Numbered from the stretch's first letter, positions 1-10,495 are shown. The stretch is 64,000 nucleotides of DNA from Actinomycetes bacterium (GCA_021797795.1 JAJZZB010000002.1:27601-91600); one strand, 5' to 3'. Program-made: numbers and translations. Notes: generated from the letters alone by a model not told the origin.

Positions 1-824
1 CCGCAGGGGGTCCGGCGGTGCTCTCGGCGTTGGCCACGGCCTGTGGGGCTGCCGACGCCGTCTCGGGGGTCAATCTCGTCGTCGGCTTCGGCGCCCGGCT
101 GTGGTCGGAGATCGCGCCCGGGGAGGTGCCCGGCGACTTCGGCGCCTTCGATCCGGTCGAGGGGCCCGACGGGTTCGTGATGCCCGCCACCCAGCACGAC
201 CTGTGGCTGTGGCTGCACGGCGCGGGACCTGACGCCGTCTTCGACGTCGCCCGCTCCAGCGCGGCGACGCTGTCGGCCGTGGCGACGGTCGCCGCCGAGC
301 ACCCCGGCTTCGCCTACCTCTCGAGCCAGGACCTGACAGGCTTCGAGGACGGGACGGAGAACCCGCCCGTCCCCGAGGCCGTGACCGTGGCGACCATCCC
401 GGACGGAGAGCCCTGCGCCGGCGGGAGCGTGGTGCTCCTGCAGCGCTGGGTGCACGACCTCGACCGGTTCGGTGCTCTCCCGCTCGAGGAGCGCGAGCAG
501 GTGATCGGGCGCACGCTCCAGGGCAGCGTCGAGCTCGACGAGGCCAACCAGGTGCCCGACTCGCACGTCAGCCGCGTCGTGATCGAGGACGCGAACGGTG
601 AGGAGCTCCAGGTGTTCCGGCGCTCGAGCGCCTTCGGCGGTGTCGTCGAGCACGGCCTCGTCTTCGTCGCCTTCAGCAGGGACCGGGCGCGCCTCGACGC
701 CATGCTGGAGCGGATGGCCGGTGGCGGCGACGGGATCCGCGACCGGCTCACTCGGTTCTCCCGCCCGACGACGGGCGCCTGGTACCTGGCGCCGCCCGTC
801 GAGCTGCTCACCGGCAGGCGCTGA
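1..824 (+). CDS. Dyp-type heme peroxidase (5' end probably outside the window)
   Basis: ORF 18..824, frame stays open back to base 3. GFEDGTENP (GxxDG) motif, DSHVSRV proximal-His context, FRRSSAFG distal-Arg region. Confidence 0.8.
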   Translation, partial: AGGPAVLSALATACGAADAVSGVNLVVGFGARLWSEIAPGEVPGDFGAFDPVEGPDGFVMPATQHDLWLWLHGAGPDAVFDVARSSAATLSAVATVAAEHPGFAYLSSQDLTGFEDGTENPPVPEAVTVATIPDGEPCAGGSVVLLQRWVHDLDRFGALPLEEREQVIGRTLQGSVELDEANQVPDSHVSRVVIEDANGEELQVFRRSSAFGGVVEHGLVFVAFSRDRARLDAMLERMAGGGDGIRDRLTRFSRPTTGAWYLAPPVELLTGRR

Positions 825-843
825 CGGCCCGGTCGGGCGGGCT

Positions 844-1368
844 TCAGGAGAGGGGGCGCCCCATGAGGACCGAGTCCCACAGCTCGCCGTTGCGCCGCCG
901 GTAGTGCCTGGCCTTGCGCCCTTCCACGACGAAGCCCGCCCGTTCGTACAGTGCGATGGCGGCGGCGTTGTCGGGCCAGACCTCGAGGGACATCTTGTGG
1001 GCCCCTGCCGAGGAGGCCCAGGCGATGGCGGCGTCGAGGAGGGCCCGCCCGATTCCTCGTCCCCGCCATCCTGCCTGCAGCAGCATCGCGATGTCGGCGA
1101 CCCCGTAGGGGGCGACCGAGACGCTGAGGTACCCGACGACGCCGGGTCCGCCGGCGGGCGAGGTGTCGGCGACGAGTACCGTCGAGTCGCCGCCGGCGAG
1201 CAGCTCCGCGAGCCGGGCGCGCCGCCGGGGGCGGTCGAAGGGCACCTCGGCGCCGATGAAGCGGCCCTCGGCAGCGACGGACCAGGTCTGCTCGACGAGC
1301 AGGTCGAGCTCGTCCTCGGCGGCGGGGCGGACGAGGGCGCCGGCCCCAGGCTTGTCGTCGGATGGCAT
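844..1368 (-). CDS. GNAT family N-acetyltransferase
   Basis: Last 174 codons of track ORF 844..2430, ATG at 1366-1368. Acetyl-CoA motif QAGWRGRGIGRALL. The rest of the long ORF is antisense to the C69 gene. Confidence 0.8.
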   Translation of the reverse strand: MPSDDKPGAGALVRPAAEDELDLLVEQTWSVAAEGRFIGAEVPFDRPRRRARLAELLAGGDSTVLVADTSPAGGPGVVGYLSVSVAPYGVADIAMLLQAGWRGRGIGRALLDAAIAWASSAGAHKMSLEVWPDNAAAIALYERAGFVVEGRKARHYRRRNGELWDSVLMGRPLS

Positions 1369-1458
1369 CGCGGGAGTCTTGCTGGCCGGCGGACGGGCGC
1401 GCACGCCGTCGGCGGTCTCGCCCCGGCGTCGCCGCAGGTCGGCGGGTAGCCTCGCTCC

Positions 1459-2658
1459 GTGTGCGACACCCTCGTGACGCTCGGCGAGGAGGGTGTGCTC
1501 TTCGGGAAGAACAGCGACCGGGAGCCGAACGAGGCCCAGGTGCTCGAGTGGCATCCGGCCGCCGCCCATCTCGAGGGCGCCAGGCTGCGCTGCACGCACA
1601 TCGAGATCTCGGAGGTCGCCCGGACCCATGCCGTCGTGCTCTCTCGGCCGTGGTGGATGTGGGGCGCCGAGATGGGAGCCAACGAGCATGGGGTGGTGAT
1701 CGGCAACGAGGCGGTCTGGACGCGGGAGCCGGCCGGCCAGCCGGCGCTGCTCGGCATGGACCTCCTGCGCCTCGGCCTCGAGCGGGGCGCCACGGCCGAG
1801 GAGGCCGTCTCGGTCATCGTCGACCTCCTCGAGCGCCACGGCCAGGGCGGCCCCTGCAGCCACGACCGGCCCGGCTTCACCTACCACAACAGCTTCCTCG
1901 TGGCCGATCCGTCGGGTGCGATCGTGCTCGAGACGGCCGGCCGGCAGCACGCCACCGAGCAGGTGCGGGCGCGGGGGAGGAGCATCTCCAACGAGCTCAC
2001 GATCCCCTCGTTCGCCAGGGCCCACTCTGACCGGGTGCACGGGCGGGTAGCCGCTGCAGGGCGCCGGAGGGCCCTCACCGAGCGGGCGGCCTGCGCCGCC
2101 GGCCAACCGGCCGACCTGATGGCGGCGCTGAGGCAGCACGGTGCCGGGGGTGCGCCGGCCTTCTCGCCGATAAAGGGGGCGCTCGGCGGCCCGTGCGTCC
2201 ACGCAGGCGGGCTCGTCGCCTCCAGCCAGACCACCGCCTCGTGGGTGGCCGACCTGCGGGACGCCCCGCTGCACTGGGTGACGGGCACCTCCGCCCCCTG
2301 CACCTCGGTCTTCAAGCCCGTCCGCGTGGACGAGCCGCTCGACGAGGAGGCGCCGGCGGGCGACCGGTTCGACCCTGCGACGCGCTGGTGGCGCCACGAG
2401 AGGTTGCACCGGGCGACGCTCTCTGACCACGCCGCCCTGCTCGCCCGCTACCGGCCGTTGCGGGACCGCCTCGAGCGGTCCTTGCTCGCCGACCGGCCGA
2501 CCAGCGCCGACGCCTTCGCCGTCGCCGAGGCGATGGAGCGGGCGTGGCTGGCCGACGTCGCCTCGAGTGGGCTGGCCGATGTCCGGCCGAGGTGGCTGCG
2601 GCGCGTTTGGGAGAAGCTCGACCGCGAAGCGGGGCTCTCGGAGAGGGAGGGGGCATGA
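1459..2658 (+). CDS. Peptidase family C69 / secernin-like Ntn hydrolase (dipeptidase-like)
   Basis: 399-aa ORF starting MCDT (Cys2 nucleophile) followed by [10 protein letters not shown], both typical of C69. Confidence 0.75.
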   Translation: MCDTLVTLGEEGVLFGKNSDREPNEAQVLEWHPAAAHLEGARLRCTHIEISEVARTHAVVLSRPWWMWGAEMGANEHGVVIGNEAVWTREPAGQPALLGMDLLRLGLERGATAEEAVSVIVDLLERHGQGGPCSHDRPGFTYHNSFLVADPSGAIVLETAGRQHATEQVRARGRSISNELTIPSFARAHSDRVHGRVAAAGRRRALTERAACAAGQPADLMAALRQHGAGGAPAFSPIKGALGGPCVHAGGLVASSQTTASWVADLRDAPLHWVTGTSAPCTSVFKPVRVDEPLDEEAPAGDRFDPATRWWRHERLHRATLSDHAALLARYRPLRDRLERSLLADRPTSADAFAVAEAMERAWLADVASSGLADVRPRWLRRVWEKLDREAGLSEREGA

Positions 2659-4013
2659 GCCGACAGCGGGTGGTCGTGGTGGGAGCAGGCCTGGCGGGCC
2701 TCGCCGCCGCCAGGGCGCTGCGGCGCGCCGGCGCCGAGGTGGTCGTCCTCGAGGCCCGCGACCGGGTCGGCGGGCGGACCGAGGGTGCCGCCACCGCCGA
2801 GGGAGCCCCTCTCGAGCTCGGCGGCCAGTGGGTCGGACCCACCCAGACGCGGATGTACGAGCTCATCGCGGAGCTCGGCCTCGAGACGTTCCCGACCTAC
2901 AACTCGGGCGAGCACGTCGTGCAGCTCGGCGGGCGGAGGACCCGTATGGGCTCGAGGCGCGGGGCCGTGCCCAAGCTCAGCCCCTTCGTCCTCGCCGATG
3001 TGTTCCAGGGGCTCACCCGCTTCACGCGGGCCGCCCGGCAGGTTCCGCTCGACGAGCCATGGCACGCGCCCAATGCCGCCCGCCTCGACGGCCAGACCTT
3101 CGAGACCTGGATCCGACGCAACCTCCGGACCGAGATCGGGCGGAGGTACTTCCAGGTGGCGGCCGAGGCGGTCTTCGCGGCGGAGCCGGGAGACTTCTCG
3201 GCCCTGCACGCCCTCTTCTACGCCCACTCGGGCACCGACTTCGAAGGCCTCCTCTCGGTGGACCGGGGGGCCCAGCAGGACCGGATCGTCGGGGGCTCGG
3301 TCCAGGTGGCCGAGCGGATGGCGGACGAGCTCGGCGAGTCCGTCCGTCGTGCACAGGCGGTCGCCCGGATCGAGCAGGACGCCGGCTCGGTGCGCGTCCG
3401 GACCCGTGACGGGTCGGTCGTCGAGGCAGACCGGGCGGTCGTCACCCTGCCGCCGACGCTGGCGGGGCGGCTCGAGTACGCGCCGGCACTGCCCTCCTGG
3501 CGGGACCAGCTCACCCAGCGGCTGCCGGCCGGGGCGGTGATCAAGGTCTTCGCCGTCTACGACGAGGCATTCTGGCGGGCCGACGGCCTCACCGGGCAGG
3601 CGGCCTCCGACGAGGGGCCGGTCAAGATCACCTTCGACAACTCGCCGCCGCCCGGCTCCCCGGGCGTCCTGCTGGGCTTCCTCGAGGCCGCCGAGGCGCG
3701 CCGCTGGAGCCGCCGGTCGCCACGGGAGCGCGAGGAGGCGGTCATCGACTGCTTCGCCAGGTACTTCGGCGAGCGGGCCCGTTCGCACCGGGAGTACCTG
3801 GAGCGGGACTGGACGGCGGAGGAGTTCACCCGGGGCTGTTACGGGGCGCACTTCGTCCCGGGCACGTGGAGCTCCTACGGCCCGATGCTCCGTCAACCGG
3901 TCGGACGCCTGCACTGGGCGGGCTCGGAGTGCTCGCCTGTCTGGAACGGCTACATGGAGGGCGCCGTGCGATCGGGCGAGCTCACGGCCGGCGAGGTGCT
4001 GGCGGCGGGCTGA
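2655..4013 (+). CDS. Flavin-containing amine oxidase (putrescine/monoamine oxidase-like)
   Basis: ATG 2655 overlaps the upstream stop (ATGA). [17 protein letters not shown]...[11 protein letters not shown] dinucleotide-binding fingerprint. About 450 aa. Confidence 0.85.
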   Translation: MSRQRVVVVGAGLAGLAAARALRRAGAEVVVLEARDRVGGRTEGAATAEGAPLELGGQWVGPTQTRMYELIAELGLETFPTYNSGEHVVQLGGRRTRMGSRRGAVPKLSPFVLADVFQGLTRFTRAARQVPLDEPWHAPNAARLDGQTFETWIRRNLRTEIGRRYFQVAAEAVFAAEPGDFSALHALFYAHSGTDFEGLLSVDRGAQQDRIVGGSVQVAERMADELGESVRRAQAVARIEQDAGSVRVRTRDGSVVEADRAVVTLPPTLAGRLEYAPALPSWRDQLTQRLPAGAVIKVFAVYDEAFWRADGLTGQAASDEGPVKITFDNSPPPGSPGVLLGFLEAAEARRWSRRSPREREEAVIDCFARYFGERARSHREYLERDWTAEEFTRGCYGAHFVPGTWSSYGPMLRQPVGRLHWAGSECSPVWNGYMEGAVRSGELTAGEVLAAG

Positions 4014-4162
4014 GCCCGGGCCCCGAAGGCGGTTCGCACCATTGCTCTCAAGTACCTAGAAACAGCATGATTTGGCGGTAGAGCGTCACGGCAGCGCGCT
4101 GACATCTGCTGTTCGGGTGGCGGTAGGTTCGGGTACAGCCGTGCAGCACCTCGAGACGGAGG

Positions 4163-5173
4163 ATGGCCGTGACCACCAGAACCCCGACTGGCTCCCTCAG
4201 CCGCGCCGACCGTGACGGCTCGTCCGGACGGCTCGCCTTCTCGCCGGGGCGACCGCCCGATCGCGAGGAGGTGACCGGGCGCGTCCACGACCAGTACGCC
4301 GTCCATCCCTTTCCACCCCCTCAGCGCAAGCACTCCTACCGGGGCCATGCCGCCTATGTGAGGTCCTTCCTCGAAGGGATCGGCAAGGATCCGGCCGGAT
4401 GGCGCTTCGGCGACATCGCCTGCGGGACCGGCCTCATGATGCTCGACTACGCCCTCGAGTTCCCCGAGGCGAGCTTCGTCGGCTACGACCTGTCGGAGAC
4501 CTCGGTCGACCGGGCGAACGAGATGCTGCGGCACGAGGGGGTCGGCAACGCCCGGGCGGCGGTGGCCAACCTGCTCGAGATCGAGGAGACCGAGAGCTTC
4601 GACTACATCCTCTCCTGGGGCACCGTCCACCATCTCGCCGATCCCTTCCTCGGCATCTCGGTGCTCTGCCGCGCGCTCAAGCCCGGTGGGGTCCTCCGCC
4701 TCGGCGTCTACGGCCACTACGGGAACTTCGAGCGCAAGCTCCAGCAGGAGATCATCAAGACCGTCGGCGGCCACCTGCCGCTCGAGGAGAGGATCTCCCT
4801 CGTCCGGGCGTGGGCGGCCGTGGACCCGCGCGTCGTCGAGGCCCAGACGGCGCCCCCCGTCGACCTCGGCGACGACGACTGGGTGGTCGACGAGTTCCTC
4901 CACGCCTGGGAGCAGCCGCTCAAGCTCGGCGAGGTGGTGGGCTGCCTCGGCTCGGCCGGGCTGCAGGTGGTGGACCTCACCGACTACTACGACGAGCCCA
5001 TCTCCCTCGACCCGGCCCGCCACCTGCTGCCCGGGCCTCTCCGCCCGCCGGCGTCGCACCTCTCCTTCGAGCGGCGGTGCCACCTCGTCGACCTGCTCGC
5101 CAGGCCCTACTGGCTCTCCGTGCTCGCCGTGAAGCAGCCCGGCGGCGACCTCCGCTTGCCCGGCGAGGGCTGA
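4163..5173 (+). CDS. Class I SAM-dependent methyltransferase
   Basis: Motif I DIACGTGLM, acidic loop VGYDLS, motif LKPGGVLRL. RBS-like GACGGAGG just upstream. Confidence 0.85.
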   Translation: MAVTTRTPTGSLSRADRDGSSGRLAFSPGRPPDREEVTGRVHDQYAVHPFPPPQRKHSYRGHAAYVRSFLEGIGKDPAGWRFGDIACGTGLMMLDYALEFPEASFVGYDLSETSVDRANEMLRHEGVGNARAAVANLLEIEETESFDYILSWGTVHHLADPFLGISVLCRALKPGGVLRLGVYGHYGNFERKLQQEIIKTVGGHLPLEERISLVRAWAAVDPRVVEAQTAPPVDLGDDDWVVDEFLHAWEQPLKLGEVVGCLGSAGLQVVDLTDYYDEPISLDPARHLLPGPLRPPASHLSFERRCHLVDLLARPYWLSVLAVKQPGGDLRLPGEG

Positions 5174-5176
5174 CCC

Positions 5177-7540
5177 GTGTGCGGGATCGCCGGCTTCGTC
5201 GGCGCGCCGGACCGCAAGCTGCTCCTCCAGATGAGCGAGCGGATCGCCCACCGCGGTCCGGACGACGACGGCTGTCTCGAGAGCGGGTTCGCCAGCATCG
5301 CCCACCGCCGCCTCGCCGTCATCGACCCGGACCACGGCCACCAGCCGATGTCGAACCCGGAGGGGACCGTCCACATCGTCTACAACGGCGAGGTCCACAA
5401 CTTTCGCCAGCTGCGGGCCGAGCTCGAGTGCGAGGGCTACCGATGCTCGACCCGCTGCGACACCGAGGTCGTCCTGCGGGCCTACGAGGCGTGGGGGAGT
5501 GGCTGCTTCCCGCGCTTCAACGGGATGTGGGCTGTCGCCATCCTCGACGAGCGGGACGGGAGCGAGCCGCGGGTGGTGCTCTCGCGGGACCACCTTGGCG
5601 TGAAGCCGCTCTATCTCGCCGAGGCGGGCGACCGGCTGCTGTTCGCCTCGGAGATCAAGGCGTTGTTCGCCTGCCCCGAGCTCGAGGTGGCCGTCGACGA
5701 GGAGCGCTTCTCGGGCTACCTGCTCACGGGCCTGCATAACCACGACACCGGGACGTTCTTCGCCGGCGTGCGCCAGGTCCCCCCGGCGACGGTGCTCACC
5801 TTCACCTTCAATGGCGGCCGGCGAGACGAGCGGGCCGAAGGCTACTGGGAGCCACGGCTCTCCTCGGACGGGCCGAGCGACCCGGCCGAGCTCCGCGAGG
5901 CCCTCACGAGGGCGGTGGAGCGCCGCCTCATCTCGGACCTGACCGTCGGCACCTGCCTGTCCGGCGGCCTCGACTCCTCCACGATCGTCTCCCTCATGAG
6001 CGACCTGCTCGGTTCCGGCTCGGCGGACGCCTCCTCGATGGGGGAGCGTCTCAAGACCTTCTCCGCCGTCTTCCCGGGGGATCCGATCGACGAGCGGGGC
6101 TACATCGAGCCCGTGCTCGAGCGCGCCGGGGCCGAGAGCCACTACATCGAGCCTCGCTCCGAGCAGCTCTTCGAGGACCTCCCCCTCGTCGTGTGGCACC
6201 AGGACGAGCCGATGGTCTCCTCTGGCCCCTATGCCCAGTACCGCGTCATGGCCTTCGCCCGGGACCACGCCCGGGTCCTCCTCGACGGCCAGGGCGGCGA
6301 CGAGCTGCTGGCCGGCTACGTCCCCCACCTCCTCGTCTACATCCGCCAGCTCCTGTGCGAAGGCCGCTACCTCCGGGCGGCCCGGGAGGCGGCCTCGGCC
6401 GCCGACATCCTCGGCCCGCTCGTGCTCTCCAAGGCGAGGGACCGCCGTAGGGCGGTGAGGCCGTCGCTGTTCTGCACCGAGCGGGTCCGCCGCCACCTGC
6501 CGGCCGCCCGGGCGGCCGACCACCGGACGAACCGGAACCTGAAACAGCGGCTGGTCCAGGACCTCACGACCTACAGCCTCCCCCCGATGCTGCGCTACGA
6601 GGACCGCAACGCCATGGCATACGCCATCGAGTCGAGGCCGCCCTTCCTCGACCAGGAACTGGTCGAGCTCATCCTGTCCCTCCCCGCCGAGGCCATCGTG
6701 CGTCACGGCTGGAGCCGGGCCGTCCTCCGGGAGGCGATGAAGGGCGTGCTGCCCGAAGCCGTCCGCCGCCGGCGGAAGAAGATCGGTTTCACGACTCCCG
6801 AGATGCGCTGGTTCCGCGCCGAGCGGGCCGCGGTACGGGGCATCCTCCGCTCTCCCGCGTTCCACTCCCGGGCCTACTGGGACGGGCCGAGGGTCGTGGC
6901 GGGATTCGAGGACTGCTGCGAGGGGCGGCTCGAGGAGTCCCTCTTCTTCTGGCGGGTCCTCGATGCCGAGGCATGGCTCCGGGTGTTCCACGGACCGGCG
7001 CCGCTCTCGGACCGGGGCGGGCGGCCGGTGGGCACGCTCGCCGAGGCAGGCGACGCCCTCGTCCCGGGTCTGGTCGGCCCGGCGGGCGAGCCGGCCGCCC
7101 TGCTGCTCGAGAGCGCACCGCCTCGCCCGGGCCGACACCTGTTCACCTGCGATGCGGGCGGGACGGTCTACGCCCGGGTGCCCGTCTCCTCTCTGAGCAC
7201 CGGCTCCCTCGATGGGAGCGACTGGACCTCCCTCGCCGGCCTGGTCGCCCCCGGTGACGCGGTCGTCGCCGTCGCGAGCGCGAAGGACCCCGAAGGCGAG
7301 CACGCCAACCCGAGGTCGGCGCAGCTCGCCGACGCCCTCGGCTCGCTGGCGAGCGACCTTGCCGGCGGGCCTGTCGGCGTGGCGGTGCTCACCGGCGGCA
7401 AGGATCCTCACGTCGTCGCCGGTGGGACGGCGCCGGCCCCGCCGGATCTCGCCTGGCTCGTCGAGGACGACCCGTTCGGGGAGCCCCCGCCGGGGACCGT
7501 CGGGATCGGGGTCGTCCGTCGCGTCGGCGCGCTCTGTTGA
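5177..7540 (+). CDS. Asparagine synthase (glutamine-hydrolysing) family amidotransferase with about 175-aa C-terminal extension
   Basis: Starts (GTG)CGIAGF, so the Cys2 Ntn glutaminase residue is present. PP-loop CLSGGLDSS. The family normally ends near FFWRVLDAEAWLRVF (about aa 612), but the ORF runs to 787 aa. Confidence 0.85.
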   Translation: MCGIAGFVGAPDRKLLLQMSERIAHRGPDDDGCLESGFASIAHRRLAVIDPDHGHQPMSNPEGTVHIVYNGEVHNFRQLRAELECEGYRCSTRCDTEVVLRAYEAWGSGCFPRFNGMWAVAILDERDGSEPRVVLSRDHLGVKPLYLAEAGDRLLFASEIKALFACPELEVAVDEERFSGYLLTGLHNHDTGTFFAGVRQVPPATVLTFTFNGGRRDERAEGYWEPRLSSDGPSDPAELREALTRAVERRLISDLTVGTCLSGGLDSSTIVSLMSDLLGSGSADASSMGERLKTFSAVFPGDPIDERGYIEPVLERAGAESHYIEPRSEQLFEDLPLVVWHQDEPMVSSGPYAQYRVMAFARDHARVLLDGQGGDELLAGYVPHLLVYIRQLLCEGRYLRAAREAASAADILGPLVLSKARDRRRAVRPSLFCTERVRRHLPAARAADHRTNRNLKQRLVQDLTTYSLPPMLRYEDRNAMAYAIESRPPFLDQELVELILSLPAEAIVRHGWSRAVLREAMKGVLPEAVRRRRKKIGFTTPEMRWFRAERAAVRGILRSPAFHSRAYWDGPRVVAGFEDCCEGRLEESLFFWRVLDAEAWLRVFHGPAPLSDRGGRPVGTLAEAGDALVPGLVGPAGEPAALLLESAPPRPGRHLFTCDAGGTVYARVPVSSLSTGSLDGSDWTSLAGLVAPGDAVVAVASAKDPEGEHANPRSAQLADALGSLASDLAGGPVGVAVLTGGKDPHVVAGGTAPAPPDLAWLVEDDPFGEPPPGTVGIGVVRRVGALC

Positions 7541-7690
7541 GGAGCGCCACCGCCTGATCGCCGTCGCCCAGGGCCGAGCGGACGTCCGCGCCGGAGAACG
7601 CTACCTTCGTGCCGTAGCGGAGACTGCCCGGCGCCGTCATGCTAGGACGCAGCCGGTCGGAGATGCCGGCAACGCGGCGAAGGGACACCG

Positions 7691-8887
7691 ATGGACAGCG
7701 AGGCGGCAGGAAGCTCAGGTGAGGGAGGCACCGCGCCACCGGCTCCGAGCGTGCGCCGCCTGCACTTCGACGTGGGCTCGCGGCCCTTTCTCGTGCTCAT
7801 CGAGCTGACGCGGGCCTGCGACCTCGCGTGCCGGCACTGCCGGGCCGAGTCGGTGCCGGAGCGGGACCCGCGCGAGCTGACGACGGCGGAGCTCACCGCG
7901 CTCCTCGACGATCTCGCCTCGCTCGGTGCCCCGCGGCCGCGGGTCGTCTTCACGGGAGGAGACCCGTTCCACCGGCCGGACCTCGAGCAGCTCGTCCGCC
8001 ATGGCGCCTCGGCCGGCCTGTCGATCGCCGTCTCGCCGGCGGGAACGCCTCGGGCGACGCCGGAGCGCTTCGGCGCCCTGCGCCGGGCCGGAGCCGTCGC
8101 CGCCTCCCTGTCGATCGACGGAGCCGGCCCGTCGACCCACGATGGGTTCCGCCGCGTGGACGGGTCGTTCGACTGGACCCTGCAGGCGTGCCGAGCGGCC
8201 GTCGCCGCCGGGCTGCGCCTCCAGGTCAACACCACGGTGAGCCGGGAGACGGTGGCGGACCTGCCGGGCATCGCGCGGCTCGTGACCGACCTCGCAGTGG
8301 GGATGTGGAGCGTGTTCTTCATGGTCCCTGTCGGGCGTGCCCAGCAGCTCCAGCCTCTCGGCCCGGATGAGACCGAGGACGTGCTCCACTTCCTCCACGA
8401 GCTGGCGCCGAGGGTGCCGCTCAAGACGACGGAGGCCCCCGCCTACCGCCGGGTCCTGCTCGAGGGGGAGGGCGCCGGCAATTCCGCATGGAGGCCGGGG
8501 CCGCTGTTCGACGGGCTCCACGAGCGGCTCATGGCGATCTGGCCCGACATGCCCGGGGCGACGGGAGCGAGCCACCGCGGGCACGCCGGGCGACGCCGGG
8601 CTCCGCTGTCGGTCGGGGACGGGCGTGGCGTCGTCTTCGTCTCCCACGTCGGGGACGTCCAGCCGAGCGGCTTCCTCCCGCTCGTCGCCGGCAACGTTCG
8701 GGACCGTCCCCTGACGAACCTCTACCGGGACTCGCCGCTGCTGCGCAGCCTGCGTGACCCGGGCCGGCTGGGTGGCCGCTGCGGTCGGTGCGACTACGTC
8801 GATTCGTGCGGCGGCTCGCGGGCACAGGCCTACGGACGCTCCGGCGATCCGCTCGGCGAGGACGCGAGCTGCGCCTACGTTCCCTGA
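7691..8887 (+). CDS. Radical SAM enzyme with incomplete SPASM/twitch-like C-terminal domain
   Basis: CDLACRHC (CX3CX2C), GGDPFHRPD, FFMVPVGRA (NirJ/AhbD/PqqE-like core). C-terminal C-x2-C-x5-C-x20-C only. Start could be a few codons downstream. Confidence 0.85.
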   Translation: MDSEAAGSSGEGGTAPPAPSVRRLHFDVGSRPFLVLIELTRACDLACRHCRAESVPERDPRELTTAELTALLDDLASLGAPRPRVVFTGGDPFHRPDLEQLVRHGASAGLSIAVSPAGTPRATPERFGALRRAGAVAASLSIDGAGPSTHDGFRRVDGSFDWTLQACRAAVAAGLRLQVNTTVSRETVADLPGIARLVTDLAVGMWSVFFMVPVGRAQQLQPLGPDETEDVLHFLHELAPRVPLKTTEAPAYRRVLLEGEGAGNSAWRPGPLFDGLHERLMAIWPDMPGATGASHRGHAGRRRAPLSVGDGRGVVFVSHVGDVQPSGFLPLVAGNVRDRPLTNLYRDSPLLRSLRDPGRLGGRCGRCDYVDSCGGSRAQAYGRSGDPLGEDASCAYVP

Positions 8888-9203
8888 GCACCGGGCGGCC
8901 GCGCCCGTGCGAGAGGCACGGCTCCCGGCACCCCCGCTGGGGGGATGCTGCTCCCCGGGCTGCCGGCGGTCTGGGGGGCGAGGGCTCGCCAGCTGTGGCA
9001 GACGCCGCCCTCCGAGACTCTGGTGGGCGCGAGCGGGCACGCTCGGGAGATCGAAGGCCCGTCACGGGCGAAGCTCTGGCGACATGACGTGCTCGCCGCG
9101 GGCGGGAGGTCCGTCTGCCGGCGACGGCCCGGGACGCCCGTCAGCCGGCAGTCGGCGACCGGGTCGCAAGCAAGGAGGAGGAGGCGCCATCCCACGAGGG
9201 ACG

Positions 9204-9689
9204 ATGCCCGTCGGCCAGATCGTCCCCATTCTCCGCCAGACACCGGAGCGGCTGGCCGCAGCGAGCGCCGGTCTCTCCGATGCCCGGCTCCACGTCCCTC
9301 TCGCGCCGGGCGAGTGGTCGATGGCCGAGCTCCTCGCCCACCTTCGGTCGTGCGCCGACGTGTGGGGAGACGCCATCGAGGCGATCTCGAGGACCGATCA
9401 TCTCGTCCTGCGGGCGGTGAACCCGACCACCTGGGTGCGGAGCACCGGATACGGCGGGATCGCCTTCGCCTCCTGCCTGGCGGCCTTCGGCAGCCAACGC
9501 GACCGCCTGCTCGGTCTCCTCGAGGCGTTGCCGGCAACCGGCTGGTCGCGCGCTGCCACCGTGCTCGGAGCCGGCGCGCCGCTCGAGCGGTCGGTCCTCT
9601 CCTACGCCGACCGGATGGCCCGCCACGAGCGGGCCCACTGGAGGCAGGCGGTCAACACGGCGCGTGCCGTGGGCCCTCCGCCCTGCTAG
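9204..9689 (+). CDS. DinB family protein
   Basis: ATG 9204 preceded by GGAGGAGGAGG. ELLAHLRSC ... MARHERAHW His-rich four-helix pattern of the DinB/YfiT family. Confidence 0.7.
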   Translation: MPVGQIVPILRQTPERLAAASAGLSDARLHVPLAPGEWSMAELLAHLRSCADVWGDAIEAISRTDHLVLRAVNPTTWVRSTGYGGIAFASCLAAFGSQRDRLLGLLEALPATGWSRAATVLGAGAPLERSVLSYADRMARHERAHWRQAVNTARAVGPPPC

Positions 9690-9872
9690 CCCGCCGTTCG
9701 TCGATGGCCGGCGGCAGCGCCTGTGGTGCCCCGGGTCGAGCGAGGTACGACGCCCCGGTCCCCGGTGAGGTCGGGACCCTCCAGAGAGGAGTCGGATCGA
9801 GGCGTCGAGCGGGCTTCCTCCTCCCTCGCCCGTCGTCGTGGCGGGGGAGCCGTCCGGGGGGAGGTCCCGGGA

Positions 9873-10487
9873 TCAGGCAGGGTTCTTGACCGCGTCCACG
9901 ATGAGGGCGCTGACCGCCTCTGTCGTGAGCTTGTCCGTGTTCACGACGAGGTCGTAGTGCGTGGGCCGCTCGTCGGACACGCCGTAGAACCGCCGCAGGT
10001 AGTCGGCCCGCCCCGCGTCCGACTGCCTCATCACGCGGGCGGCTTCGTGCTCGTCGACACCGCGGTCTCCGGCCAGCCTCTGCTGGCGCGTCGTGTCGGA
10101 AGCGGTCAGGTGCACTCGGAGAACGTCGTCGCGGCTCGCGAGGGCGAAGGAGGCGGCATGGGCGAACAGGACGACGTTGCCGGCCTCAGCCGTCTCCTCG
10201 ATGACGGACCGGATCACCTGTCGCAGGCTGTCGCTCGCGCTCTGCCCGAGGACCACGGCGTCAGGCGGGGCTGTGCCCGCGGCGAAGCCCTCGAGCAGTC
10301 TCGCCACGAGCGACTTGCGCCGCTCGACGTCGGCGACCACCTCCTCGTCGATGTTGGCCTCCGAGGCGGCGCGTGCGACGACGTCTTCGTTGATGAGGCG
10401 GAATGCCAACGCCTCGGCGACACGCCGAGCGATCTCTTCGGCGCCGGCCCCGTCCGCGCTCGAGATGCACACCACGTTGTATGCCAT
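9873..10487 (-). CDS. Cytidylate kinase-like family protein (AAA-type small kinase fold)
   Basis: MAYNVVCISSADGAGAEEIARRVAEALAFRLIN ... RADYLRRFYG, layout of the cytidylate-kinase-like family. ATG at 10485-10487. Confidence 0.7.
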   Translation of the reverse strand: MAYNVVCISSADGAGAEEIARRVAEALAFRLINEDVVARAASEANIDEEVVADVERRKSLVARLLEGFAAGTAPPDAVVLGQSASDSLRQVIRSVIEETAEAGNVVLFAHAASFALASRDDVLRVHLTASDTTRQQRLAGDRGVDEHEAARVMRQSDAGRADYLRRFYGVSDERPTHYDLVVNTDKLTTEAVSALIVDAVKNPA

Positions 10488-10495
10488 TGCATGAA

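Noticed and set aside
1369-2430. N-terminal two-thirds of track ORF 844..2430
   Set aside because: It is antisense to the C69 peptidase gene. Only the last 174 codons (GNAT) look like protein.
3950-7411. 1153-aa minus-strand ORF
   Set aside because: It is antisense to the methyltransferase and Asn-synthase genes, which carry clear motifs. Its translation is R/G/P/A-rich with no motifs. It is a typical high-GC shadow ORF.
5177-7540. Lasso-peptide cyclase (Asn-synthase homolog) and a lasso RiPP cluster
   Set aside because: The enzyme keeps the Cys2 glutaminase nucleophile. No transglutaminase-like leader peptidase, RRE or precursor ORF is nearby.
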